The position numbers and the translations under genes were made by a program. The notes beneath the pieces were generated by a model. The model saw only the letters and a program-made list of their open reading frames with translations, searched no databases and was not told the origin of the DNA. Of a stretch of 26,910 nucleotides of DNA, positions 26,518-26,910 are shown one piece after another. The stretch is from a virus. Its lineage: Duplodnaviria > Caudoviricetes. Position 1 is the stretch's first letter. Every line of letters begins with the position of its first letter. Where the stretch lies: IMG/VR virus record IMGVR_UViG_3300006893_000278, positions 1 through 26,910 of that record; one strand, written 5' to 3'.

Positions 26518-26910
26518 GTGAATTCACCTGAGACGAACGCAACGCAGGAGCGGTCGCCGGATGCCTCCGGCGGAATCTCGGCTTGGCTTGGCGCGATGAT
26601 CCACCCGCACTTCACGCCCGACATCAATCTCGGACACCTGCTGCAGGCGCTGATTGTCGTCACCACGGTCGGGGGCGGGATCGTCGGTGGCTATATGAGC
26701 TTGCGCGGCGATCTCGATATGCAGCGCGCCGAGTTCCGGGTCGCGCTGGCCGGGCATGAGGCGCGCCTCACTTTTGTCGAGCGCGTCATTGACGAGCGCC
26801 GCATCGAAGATCGCCAGTTTCAGGCCGAAATCCGCGCCGCGCTGGATCGCGTCATGCAGGCGATCGGTGGCCTGCGCACCGAGCTCGTTCAGAAGCAAAA
26901 CCGGAAATAG
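26518..26910 (+). CDS. Single-TM plus coiled-coil protein (possible holin-like lysis gene)
   Basis: LLQALIVVTTVGGGIVGGY hydrophobic segment followed by a charged heptad-like region; located after the fibre genes. Confidence 0.5.
   Translation: MNSPETNATQERSPDASGGISAWLGAMIHPHFTPDINLGHLLQALIVVTTVGGGIVGGYMSLRGDLDMQRAEFRVALAGHEARLTFVERVIDERRIEDRQFQAEIRAALDRVMQAIGGLRTELVQKQNRK

Noticed and set aside
1-26910. CRISPR array, tRNA/rRNA, IS element, integrase, att sites, endolysin
   Set aside because: None recognisable by eye. The window starts and ends on stop codons, so such genes could lie just outside it.

Overview
High-GC, Alphaproteobacteria-like window holding one compact siphovirus-type gene cluster. 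The order is: divergent XRE/S24 repressor; GcrA-like Zn motif fused to a DUF6456 (GafZ/GafA-like) regulator with an alphaproteobacterial LexA box; strong sigma70 promoter; terminase small and large subunits; portal; prohead protease/scaffold; major capsid; connectors; tail tube; frameshifted tail chaperones; short tape measure; RcGTA-like DUF2460/DUF2163/NlpC-P60/tail-tip block; fibre-like genes; possible holin. No replication, recombination or integrase genes lie between the repressor and the terminase, so it looks like a gene-transfer-agent (GTA)-like or domesticated prophage element. As sequenced, the head/packaging module carries four lesions (two single-base frameshifts, truncated portal, 5'-truncated protease), while the tail module looks intact. 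Other notable content: a lower-GC three-gene cassette (TIGR04255 protein, unknown protein, ART-like protein; candidate defence/TA system), and four fibre-like proteins that unexpectedly carry signal peptides and share all or part of a ~120-aa repeat domain. All family calls come from motif recognition by eye and gene order, not from database searches.
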